Of a DNA stretch of 64,000 bases, positions 49,780 through 61,700 are shown piece after piece; the first letter of the stretch is position 1; every line of letters starts with the position of its first letter. The position numbers were made by a program, and so were the translations under genes. Source of the DNA: Candidatus Spongiisociaceae bacterium (lineage in GTDB: Bacteria > Actinomycetota > Acidimicrobiia > Spongiisociales > Spongiisociaceae); the NCBI GenBank assembly GCA_965219685.1, contig CBDCOH010000002.1:2944001-3008000 (forward strand), given 5' to 3'. The notes under the pieces are model-generated. The model was not told the origin of the DNA and made no database searches. It worked only from the letters and a program-made list of their open reading frames with translations.

Positions 49780-52700
49780 TTAGAGGGGGGTGACCCCTAG
49801 TTGACGGTGGGGCGTGATGTCGTAGATGCTCGCCCCGTCTTTGTCTCTGGAGTAGACAACGACTCTGACCACGTCGCCCGCCTGGGGCCGGAACGCCACG
49901 CATGGCGGGGCACTCTCGCCGTTGTTGATGTAGGTGTCGTTGTCGTCCATGGCATACAGCACTCCATGATCGGCACCATTGCCCTCGGTTGCGAAGTGAG
50001 TGGCCGGGATCTCGTCGGCGAGATTGCCACCGAAGGTCTGATGCACGGTGATCTTCCTGTCGTCACCATCGCCGTCGGTAGCGGCCACGTAGACATTGGT
50101 GGCGGCTGTGGTGCCACTGGCGGTAGCGCCAGTCAGACTCTGATAGATGATCTGAACACCGTCGGTGTGGGGGTCACCGTCCACGAGCAGACCCTCGCTG
50201 TCCACTTGGGCCCGAGCGATCCGGTAAGCGATATCCAGGCTATGAGTGGTCCGTGCGATGTCGTTGACCGAGAACGATGCCGCGGCCATACCGCGGCTGC
50301 TGCTGCCGGATCTGATGCTCGGCGTCTTGACGACATCGGAGATTGTTTGCACGCCGGGGGTGTCCGGGTCGATGTCGGTGAAATGCTCGGAGCCGTTCCC
50401 GTCAAGCGCCAGGGTAATCCTGTAGGCATTGCCGTTGTCGTCCAACCGGATACCCTCACCGTACTGGTCCAACAACCGGGCGGAGACACTGATGTCGGCG
50501 TCGTCGCCGTCACCGTCACCATCGACCAACACATACTCGGTGGCCGAAATGGCGGTCTTCTGATAGACGGGCGTGTCCTCAACCCAGTTGAAGGTGATGG
50601 TGCCCATAGTGTTGGCCGTGCCGTCGGTCTTACCGTCGGCATCGACCGTGAACATCACCATGTCGACTACGTCTTGGTCTGCGGCGCTCTCCACATCCTT
50701 GGGAGCACTGACCGTGAACGTGACCGTCCCGTCATCGCTGGTTGTCCTGGTCGCCTCATGGATGTTCTCATAGGTGATGACAAAGCTGTCGCCGGCGTCA
50801 GCGCCGTCCGGACCACGGTCGAAGACGTACCTCGTCCAACTCACCCGGATTCCCACGCCACCCTGCTTCACAGCACCACCACCTGAGTCGGTGAGTTGGC
50901 CGGTGACCACCACAGAACGGGTCGAACCTAGGTGAACTAACTTGCCGGAATCGGTAGGAGCTCCGGTGGTGGTCCTGTCCATGCCGTCGGCCGAGTCACT
51001 GCTGATCGAGGTGGTCACAGCCACCGAGTCTCTGACGGGAATCCACGACGCGGCTGCCGATACGTAGTCGTCATCGTCCAGGTCGAAGACATCTCCCGGT
51101 TCGCTGCCTATCCACGCATAAACGGTATGGGTCCTAGAGGTTGTGCCCTCGACCGCCGGGGTGGCGCCGATGCGGGCTTCGAAGTGGATGTTGCCGTTGC
51201 GATCGGTCTTGTGGTCATCGGTGCCCCATACGCAGTCACCAACCGTCTGCCTCCCGTTGCATCGGCCGGCCCTGGTGCCCGAAGTTATGAAATGAGCATC
51301 CTCGCCGCAGATGTCAGCACAGTTGTTCTGGAAGATGTCCACCAGCCCGTCGGTTACGGGACCGAACTCATCGTCTCGGACAGAGATCAGCATTGTGGCA
51401 ACGTATTCGCCGTAGTCGGCCGTGTTGTCGGCCTGAATGCTCAGACCGGCCGGGCGCACGTTGGAGTGAGCCAGGGCCCCAGCCAAGAATTCGGCGGTAG
51501 ACGCACGGGTAATCAGGTCGGACGAACCAAAGGTGGTGGAAGTGAGCCCGGTGACTACGCCCAACTCATACAACTGCGTGATGGCGCTATACATGTCCCC
51601 GCCGATCGAACCCACGTCGGTGTAGGGCGACTTGATCTCGGGCGCCACGTCCAAGCCGTGCTCGTCCCTTACCTTGACCTCCTCGTTTTTGGCTACGAGC
51701 GACGGTGTGTAGCCGTAGAACGTGGTGTCGTCCATCGCCGGATCACCATCCGTGAGGGGAGTCACCAGGTTCATCAACCGGGCGATGAACAGTGCCATCT
51801 GGCCACGGGTCACAACGTCGTGAGGGGCATACGTGGTAGGGGTGGTACCCCGTGTGATCCCAAGCGCCATCAGTTGCTTAATGCTGGCCTGAGTCCCGTA
51901 AGCCAAGTCGCCGATGTCGGTGAAGCCGATATCGGGGGTCGCGGGCACTTCGATTCCCACCCTTCGGGCCATGCGTGTCAGGAATAACGCCACCTGCCAG
52001 CGGGGTACGAAGCCCGACGGCGAATAGGTGCTGCCATCGCCGGTACCTATGGTGATGCCGTAGTACGCGATGCAGTGGATGTCATCGGCGTTGGGGTGCT
52101 CCGCGGGAACATCCACGAAGCCCCAGGGCTCCGAAGCGGCATTGACGCACGCATCGAACGTCGGCGTGTAGTCCGGCGTCGGATCCACGTCGGCAACTTC
52201 CGGCACTGTCCCCGACTCCGGCGTGGGCGTGGCGGGCTCGGTCGGATCGGGACGTTCGCGAATGTTCGTCGTGACCGTGGTGTTGACGGCCGGTGGGGGT
52301 CCGCCTCCGCCGCGGGGGTTGGTGATGGTGAGAGAGAACGTCTCATCGCCCTCTTCGACAGCGTCCGCAATCGTGGTAATCGTGACGGTCTTGGCGGCGG
52401 CGTCGGTTCGGGTGAAGGTGAGCGTTCCTGATTTGGCTACGTAGTCTTCGCCTGCTGAAGCTGTGCCGTCGGCGGTGGTGTAGTCGACCAACAGGTCAGC
52501 GGTAGGGATCACTCCCTGCGGAGTCAGGGTGATGGTGTAGCTGGAGCTATCGCCCTCAGTTACCGACGACGAACCCGAAAGACTAACGGTGATCGGGTCG
52601 CTCTCCGATATCGTGGCCGTCGCCGAAGTCGCACCGCTCCTCAACGATATCTGGGACGACAGCGTCGAGGTGATCGTCCCCAACGTCACCGTGAACCCCT

Positions 52701-55700
52701 CAGACGTTTCCGACAACCTGTCGTCGGTGGCGGTGATCGTGATGGTCTCAGTCGCTCCCGCCGCGCTGTTGGCCGCGAACGTGACCGTCCCGGACGTGGC
52801 CGACAGGTCCGAACCCTCAGCGGCGTCGGTGCCCAGCGGCGCCGACCACCCCACTGAAACCTCAGCCGCCACCGACTTGGACAGGGTCACCACAAACTCC
52901 GCGTCCGAGCCCTCCGCCACCGCCGCCGAAGGCCCCGAGATCGACAGCACCGCGCTGTCCTTATCATCCGGGGTCCCGGTAGTCGTCTTGTCATCATCAG
53001 TCAACGTCACCGACGCCGACGCCACCGACAAACCCACCTCTGTGGTCGTGCTGCCGGGGATGGTGATCGACTCGTCGCCCTCGACCACCGCATCATCAGT
53101 CGGGGTGATCACCAAAGTCCCCGTGCCGCTCGACGAGGTAGCGGGAATCGTGATCGACGCCAACGACGTCCCAACCGTGTAGTCAGTGTCCTTGGTCGCT
53201 CCGCCGGACAACGTGCCGATGGTCACGACCGTGGACCCCGGCAGCGTGCTGCCGTTCAACGTGGCGGTCACCGTCACCGACGTCTCCCCATCATCCTCGC
53301 CCAGACTCGACGGAACCGCACTCAACGTGATGCCCGACGGCGCATCATCGTCGTCCGTGATAGTGGTGGTCACCGACGCTGACGTGTTCAGGCTGGGGGT
53401 GGGCCCGCCCCCGCCCGAAGGACTCGAGATCGACACCGTGAACGTCTCACCCGTACCCTCGTCCACATCGTCCTCAGTGGTCTGGACCTTGAACGTCTGC
53501 GACCCCGCCGCGGTGCTGGTGAACGTCAACGTGCCCGACTTGGCCGTGTAATCCGTCCCCGCCGTTGCTGTGCCGTTCGCTGTCCCGTAGCTGACGGTGA
53601 GATCCGCAGTGGGGGTTACACCGGTGGGTGACAACGACACCGTATAGGACGTGGTGGAGTCCCCCTCGTCCACCGACGACGGCCCACTGATGTTGACAGT
53701 GATCGCATCCGAGGCTGAGATCGTCGCGGTCGCCGAGGACGCACCACTCTTCAACGAGATCTGGGACGAGAGCGTCGAGGTGATCGTCCCCAACGTGACA
53801 GTGAATCCCTCCGACGTCTCCGACAACTTGTCGTCGGTGGCCGTGATCTTGATCGTCTTGGTCGCTCCCGCCGCGCTATTGGCAGCAAACGTGACCGTCC
53901 CCGACGTGGCCGACAGATCAGCAGCGACCGCCGCATCAGCAGCCAACGGCGCCGACCACGCCACCTTCACCTCAGCCGCCACCGCCGCCGACAACGTCAC
54001 CGTAAACGACGCGTCCGAGCCCTCAGCCACCGCCGAGGCGGGACCCGAGATCGACAACACCGCGCCGTCCGTATCACCCGGAGACCCGGCGGGTGGCTCA
54101 TCATTCGGATTCCCGAGGGGCGCCTTGCGGCTGTCAGTCAGCGTCACCGTCGCCGACGTCACCGACAAACCCACCGCGGTGGTGGTGCTGCCGGGGATGG
54201 TGATGGTCTCGTCACCCTCGACCACCGTATCATCGGTCGGGGTGATCTTCATAGTCCCCGACCAACTCGCCGTGGTCGCCGGAATAGTGATCGAAGCCAA
54301 TGACGTCCCAACCGTGTAGTCGGTGTCCTTGGTCGCCGAACCCGACAGGGTGCCAATGGTCACGGTCGTGGATCCCGGCAGCGTGCTGCCGTTCAACTTG
54401 GCGGTCACCGTCAACGAAGTCTCCGCATCGTCCTCACCCAAACTCGACGGAACCGCGCTCAACGTCACACCCGAAGGCGCATCATCATCGTCGGTGATGG
54501 TGGTCGTCACCGTCGGCGACTTCGCGAGACTCGGTGCGGGCCCGCCCCCGCCCGAAGGACTCGAGATCGACACCGTGAACGTCTCCCCCGTCCCCTCATC
54601 CACAACGTCCTCGGTGGTCTGGACCTTGAACGTCTGCGACCCCGCCGCGGCGCTCGTGAACGTCAACGTGCCCGACTTGGCCGTGTAATCCGTCCCCGCC
54701 GTAGCCGTGCCGTTAGCTGTTGCGTAGTTCACCGTCAGATCAGAGGTCGGTGTCACGCCCGACGGCGACAACGACACCGTGTAATTGCCGGTGGCGTCGC
54801 CCTCATCAACCGTCGACGGCCCACTGATGTTGACAGTGATCGCATCCGAGGCTGAGATCGTCGCCGTCGCCGAACTGGCGCCGCTCTTCAATGACACCTC
54901 CGACAAGGTCGACGTGATAGTCCCCAACGTGACCGTGAACGTCTCCGCTGTCTCCGACAACTTGTCATCGGTAGCGGTGATCGTGATCGTCTGCGTCGCC
55001 CCCGCCGCGCTACCAGCCGCGAACGTCACCGTCCCCGACGTGGCCGACAGATCAGAACCCTCAGCGGCGTCGGTGCTCAGCGGCGCCGACCACGCCACGT
55101 CAACCTTTGCTGCTATCGCCGCCGACAGCGTCACCGTAAACGAAGCATCCGAGCCCTCAGCCACCGCCGACGCGGGACCCGAGATCGACAACACCGCACT
55201 GTCCTTATCATCCGGCGCCTCGGTGGTCGTCTTGTCATCATCAGTCAACGTCACCGACGCCGACGCCACCGACAAACCCACTGCGGTGGTGGTGCTGCCG
55301 GGGATGGTGATCGTTTCGTCGCCTTCCACCACCGCATCATCAGTCGGGGTGATCACCAAAGTCCCCGTGCCGCTAGCAGTGTTCGCCGGAATAGTGATCG
55401 ACGCCAACGACGTCCCAACCGAGTAATCGGTGCCCTTGGTCGCCGAACCCGACAACGTGCCGATAGTCACGGTCGTGGATCCCGGCAAGGTGCCGCCCGC
55501 CAATGTGGCGGTCACCGTCACCGAAGTCTCCCCATCGTCCTCACCCAAACTCGACGGACTCGCGCTCAACGTGATGCCCGACGCGTCGTCATCGTCCGAG
55601 ATGGTGGTGGTCACAGTCGCCGACGTGTTGAGACTGGGAGCGGGTCCGCCCCCGCCCGACGGACTCGAGATCGACACCGTAAACGTCTCGCCGGTGCCCT

Positions 55701-58700
55701 CATCCACATCGTCCTCAGTGGTCTGTACCGAGAACGTCTGCGACCCCGCCGCGGTGCTCGTGAACGTCAACGTCCCCGACTTAGCCGTGAAATCCGTCCC
55801 CGCCGTCGCAGTCCCGTTCGCTGTCCCGTAACTCACCGTCAGATCCGCAGTCGGGATCACCCCCGACGGCGACAACGACACCGTGTAGTTGGTGGTGGCG
55901 TCGCCCTCATCAACAGACGAAGGCCCACTGATGTTGACCGTGATCGGATCCGAGGCTGAGATCGTCGCCGTCGCCGAGGACGCTCCGTTCTTCAATCCCA
56001 CCTGCGACGACAGCGTAGAAGTGATCGTCCCCAACGTGACGGTGAACCCCTCAGACGTTTCCGACAACTTGTCGTCGGAGGCGCCGATGGTGATCGTCTG
56101 TGTCGCTCCCGCGGCACTGTTAGCAGCGAACGTGACCGTCCCCGACGTGGCCGACAAGTCAGCAGCGACCGCCGCATCGGCTGCCAGCGGCGCCGACCAA
56201 GCTAGCTGGACCTTCGCCGCTACGGATTTGGACAGCGTCACCGTGAACGAAGCGTCCGAGCCCTCAGCCACCGCCGAGGCGGGACCCGAGATCGACAACA
56301 CCGCACTGTCCTTGTCATCCGGAGTCTCGGTCGTCGTCTTGTCATCATCAGTCAACGTCACCGACGCCGACGCCACCGATAAACCCACCGCGGTGGTGGT
56401 GCTGCCCGGAATCGTGATCGACTCGTCACCTTCCACCACCGCATCATCAGTCGGGGTGATCACCAAAGTCCCCGTGCCGCTCGACGAGGTAGCGGGAATC
56501 GTGATCGACGCCAACGACGTCCCAACCGTGTAGTCAGTGTCCTTCGTCGCTCCGCCCGACAACGTGCCGATGGTCACCACTGTGGATCCCGGCAGCGTTC
56601 CGCCCGCCAACGTGGCCGTCACCGTCACCGAAGTCTCCCCATCGTCCTCACCCAGACTCGACGGGCTCGCGCTCAACGTGATCCCGGACACATCGTCATC
56701 GTCCGAGATGGTGGTAGTCACCGACGCCGACGTCGCGAGACTCGGTGCGGGCCCGCCCCCGCCCGACGGACTCGAGATCGACACCGTAAACGTCTCCCCC
56801 GTCCCCTCATCCACATCGTCCTCGGTGGTCTGCACCGCAAACGTCTGGCTGCCGGCTGCGGTCTGGGTGAACGTCAACGTGCCCGACTTGGCCGTGAAGT
56901 CCGTCCCCGAAGTGGCCGTACCACCAGCTGTCCCGTAACTGACGGTGAGATCCGCAGTGGGAGTCACCCCCGACGGCGACAACGACACCGTGTAATTGGT
57001 GGTGGCGTCGCCCTCATCAACCGCCGACGGCCCACTGATATTGACCGTGATCGGATCCGAGGCCGATATCGTCGCTGCTGCGGCCTTCGCCGACGAAGCC
57101 AGCGATATCTGTGATGACAGTGTCGAGGTGATCGTCCCCAAGGTCACCGTGAACGTCTCCGCTGTCTCCGACAACTTGTCGTCGGTGGCGGTGATAGTGA
57201 TCGTCTGGGTCGCTCCCGCCGCACTGTTAGCCGCGAACGTCACCGTCCCCGACGTGGCCGACAGATCAGAACCCACCGCCGAGTCAGTATTCAGCGGCGC
57301 CGACCACCCCACCTGAACCTGCGCAGCCACCGACTTCGACAGCGTCACCGTAAACGAAGCGCCCGAACCCTCAGCCACAGCAGAGGCGGGACCCGAGATG
57401 GACAACACCGCGCTGTCCTTGTCATCCGGGGTCCCGGTGGTCGTCTTGTCGTCATCGGTCAACGTCACCGTCGCCGAAGTCACCGACAAACCCACCGCGG
57501 TGGTGGTGCTGCCGGGAATCGTGATGGTCTCGTCGCCCTCCACCACCGCATCATCAGTCGGGGTGATCTTCATAATGCCCGTGCCGCTAGCAGTGTTCGC
57601 CGGAATCGTGATCGACGCCAACGACGTCCCAACCGTGTAGTCGGTGTCCCTGGTCGCTCCGCCTGAAAGGGTGCCGATAGTCACGGTCGTGGACCCCGGC
57701 AGCACGCTGCCGTTCAACGTGGCGGTCACCGTCACTGACGTCTCCCCATCATCCTCACCCAGACTCGAGGGAACCGCGCTCAACGTGATGCCCGACGCGT
57801 CGTCATCGTCGGTAATGGTGGTAGTCACAGTCGCCGACGTGTTGAGACTCGGGGTGGGCCCGCCCCCGCCCGACGGGCTTGAGATCGACACCGTGAACGT
57901 CTCGCCGGTGCCCTCATCCACATTGTCCTCGGTGGTCTGCACCGTGAACGTCTGGCTACCGGCTGCGGTTTGGGTGAAGGTCAACGTGCCGGACTTGGCC
58001 GTGTAGTCCGTTCCGGCAACAGCGGTGCCGTCAGCTGTCCCGTAACTGACGGTGAGATCCGCGGTCGGGGTCACACCCGACGGCGACAACGACACCGTGT
58101 AATTGGTGGTGGCGTCGCCCTCATCAACAGACGAAGGGCCGATGATGTTGACGGTGATCGGATCCGAGGCCGAGATCGTCGCCGTCGCCGAGGACGCCCC
58201 GTTCTTCAATCCCACCTGCGAAGACAGCGTCGAGGTGATCGTCCCCAGCGTGACGGTGAATCCCTCCGCTGTCTCCGACAACTTGTCGTCGGTAGCGGTG
58301 ATGGTGATCGTCTTGGTCGCTCCCGCCGAACTGTTGGCCGCGAACGTCACGGTCCCCGACGTGGCCGACAGGTCCGAACCCTCAGCGCCGTCGGTGCTCA
58401 GCGGCGCCGACCAACCCACCTTCACCTCAGCCGCCACCGACTTGGACAACGTCACCGTAAACGACGCATCCGAGCCCTCAGCCACAGCAGAGGCGGGACC
58501 CGAGATGGACAACACCGCGCTGTCCTTGTCATCCGGCGTCTCGGTGGTCGTCTTGTCGTCATCGGTCAACGTCACCGTCGCCGAAGTCACCGACAAACCC
58601 ACCGCGGTGGTGGTGCTGCCGGGAATCGTGATGGTCTCGTCGCCCTCCACCACCGCATCATCGGTCGGAGTGATCTTCAGGGTTCCGGTGCCGCTCGACG

Positions 58701-61700
58701 AAGTGGCGGGAATCGTGATCGTGGACAGCGTCGTGGCTGTGTAGTCAGTGCCCTTCGTCGCTCCGCCGGACAACGTGCCGATGGTCACGGTCGTGGATCC
58801 CGGCAGCGTGGCACCCGCCAACGTGGCGGTCACCGTCACCGACGTCTCCCCATCATCCTCACCCAAACTCGACGGAACCGCACTCAACGTAATGCCCGAC
58901 ACGTCATCATCGTCGGTAATGGTGGTGGTCACCGACGCCGACGTACCGAGGCTCGGTGCGGGCCCGCCCCCGCCCGAAGGACTCGAGATCGACACCGTGA
59001 ACGTCTCCCCCGTGCCCTCATCCACATCGTCCTCCGTGGTCTGCACCGAGAACGTCTGGCTGCCGGCCGCGGTACTGGTGAACGTCAACGTGCCCGACTT
59101 GGCCGTGAAGTCCGTCCCCGAAGTGGCCGTGCCGGCAGCTGTTCCGTAACTCACCGTCAAATCAGAGGTTGGGGTCACGCCGGCCGGTGACAACGACACT
59201 GTGTAATTGGTGGTGGCGTCACCCTCATCAACCGCCGAAGGGCCGCTGATAGAAACGGTGATCGGGTCGCTCGCGGATATGGTTGCTGTAGCGGCCTTCG
59301 CCGACGAAGCCAGCGACAACTGCGACGACAGCGTCGAGGTGATCGTCCCCAACGTCACCGTGAACGTCTCCGCTGTCTCCGACAACTTGTCGTCGATAGC
59401 GGTGATCGTGATCGTCTTGGTCGCTCCCGCCGCGCTATTGGCAGCGAACGTGACCGTCCCCGACGTCGCAGACAGGTCCGAGCCCTCAGCGGCGTCGGTG
59501 CCCAGCGGCGCCGACCACGCCACCTTCACCTCGGCCGCCACTGACTTGGACAACGTCACCGTGAACGACGCCTCCGAACCCTCAGCCACCGCCGCCGAAG
59601 GACCCGAGATCGACAACACCGCGCTGTCCTTGTCATCCGGAGTCCCGGTGGTCGTCTTGTCATCATCAGTCAACGTCACCGTCGCCGAAGTCACCGACAA
59701 ACCCACCTCTGTGCTGGTGCTGCCCGGGATAGTGATCGACTCGTCGCCCTCCACTACCGCGTCATCGGTCGGGGTGATCTTCATAGTTCCAGTGCCGCTA
59801 GCAGTGTTCGCCGGAATCGTGATCGACGCCAACGACGTCCCAACCGTGTAGTCGGTGTCCTTGGTTGCCGAACCCGACACCGTGCCAATGGTCACGGTCG
59901 TGGACCCCGGCAGCGTGCTGCCGTTCAACGTGGCGGTCACCGTCACCGACGTCTCGCCATCGTCCTCGCCCAGACTCGACGGGCTCGCGCTCAACGTGAT
60001 GCCCGACGCGTCGTCATCGTCAGTGATGGTGGTGGTCACCGTCGCCGACGTGTTGAGGCTAGGGGTAGGGCCGCCCCCGCCGGAAGGGCTCGAGATGGAC
60101 ACCGTGAACGTCTCCCCGGTGCCTTCATCCACATTGTCCTCGGTGGTCTGCACCGTGAACGTCTGGCTGCCGGCCGCGGTTTGGGTGAACGTCAACGTGC
60201 CCGACTTGGCCGTGAAGTCCGTCCCCGAAGTGGCCGTGCCGGCAGCTGTTCCGTAACTCACCGTCAAATCAGAGGTCGGTGTCACTCCGGCCGGTGACAA
60301 CGACACCGTGTAGTTGGTGGTGGCGCCGCCCTCATCGACCGACGACGGCCCACTGATGTTTACCGTGATCGGATCCGAGGCCGAGATCGTCGCCGTCGCC
60401 GAGGACGCTCCGTTCTTCAAGCCCAACTGCGACGACAGCGTCGACGTGATCGTCCCCAACGTCACCGTTAACGTCTCCGCTGTCTCAGACAGCGCATCAT
60501 CAGTGGCGGTGATCGTGATCGTCTGCGTCGCGCCCGCCGCACTACCAGCCGCGAACGTCACCGTCCCCGACGTAGCCGACAGATCGGCGCCCTCTGCCGA
60601 GTCAGTACCCAACGGCGCCGACCACGCCACCTTCACTTCAGCCGCCACCGACTTGGACAGGGTCACCGTAAACGACGCATCCGAGCCTTCCGCAACCGGC
60701 GACCCAGGCCCACTGATCGACAACACCGCGCTGTCCTTATCATCCGGCGTCTCGGTGGTCGTCTTGTCATCATCGGTCAACGTCACCGACGCCGACGTGA
60801 CCGACAAACCCACCTCATTACTAGTCGAGCCCGGGATGGTGATGGTCTCGTCACCCTCCACCACCGCATCATCAGTCGGGGTGATCTTCATAATCCCCGA
60901 CCCGCTAGCGGTATTCGCCGGAATAGTGATCGACGCCAACGCCGTCCCGACCGTGTAGTCGGTGCCCTTAGTCGCTCCGCCGGACAACGTGCCGATAGTC
61001 ACGGTCGTGGGCGACGGCAGCGTGCTGCCGTTCAACGTGGCGGTCACCGTCACCGACGTCTCCCCATCATCCTCGCCCAGACTCGACGGAACCGCGCTCA
61101 ACGTGATGCCCGACGGCGCATCATCATCATCGGTGATGGTGGTGGTCACCGTCACCGACGTCGCGAGACTCGGTGCGGGCCCGCCCCCGCCCGAAGGACT
61201 CGAGATCGACACGGTGAACGTCTCCCCCGTCCCCTCATCCACAACGTCCTCAGTGGTCTGCACCGAGAACGTCTGCGACCCCGCCGCAGTGCTGGTGAAC
61301 GTCAACGTCCCCGACTTGGCCGTATAATCCGTCCCCGCCGTTGCTGTCCCGTTAGCCGTCCCGTAGCTGACAGTCAGATCCGCAGTCGGTGTTACCCCCG
61401 ATGGCGACAACGACACCGTGTAATTGCCGGTGGCGTCCCCCTCATCAACAGACGACGGGCCTGTAATGTTGATCGTGATCGGGTCCGACTCCGAAATCGT
61501 CGCCGTCGCCGAGCTGGCGCCGCTCTTCAACGACACCTCCGACAAGGTCGAGGTGATAGTCCCCAACGTGACCGTGAACCCCTCAGAGGTCTCCGACAAG
61601 TTGTCATCGGTGGCGGTGATCGTGATCGTCTGCGTCGCCCCCGCCGCACTACCAGCCGCGAACGTCACCGTCCCCGACGTGGCCGACAGGTCCGAACCCA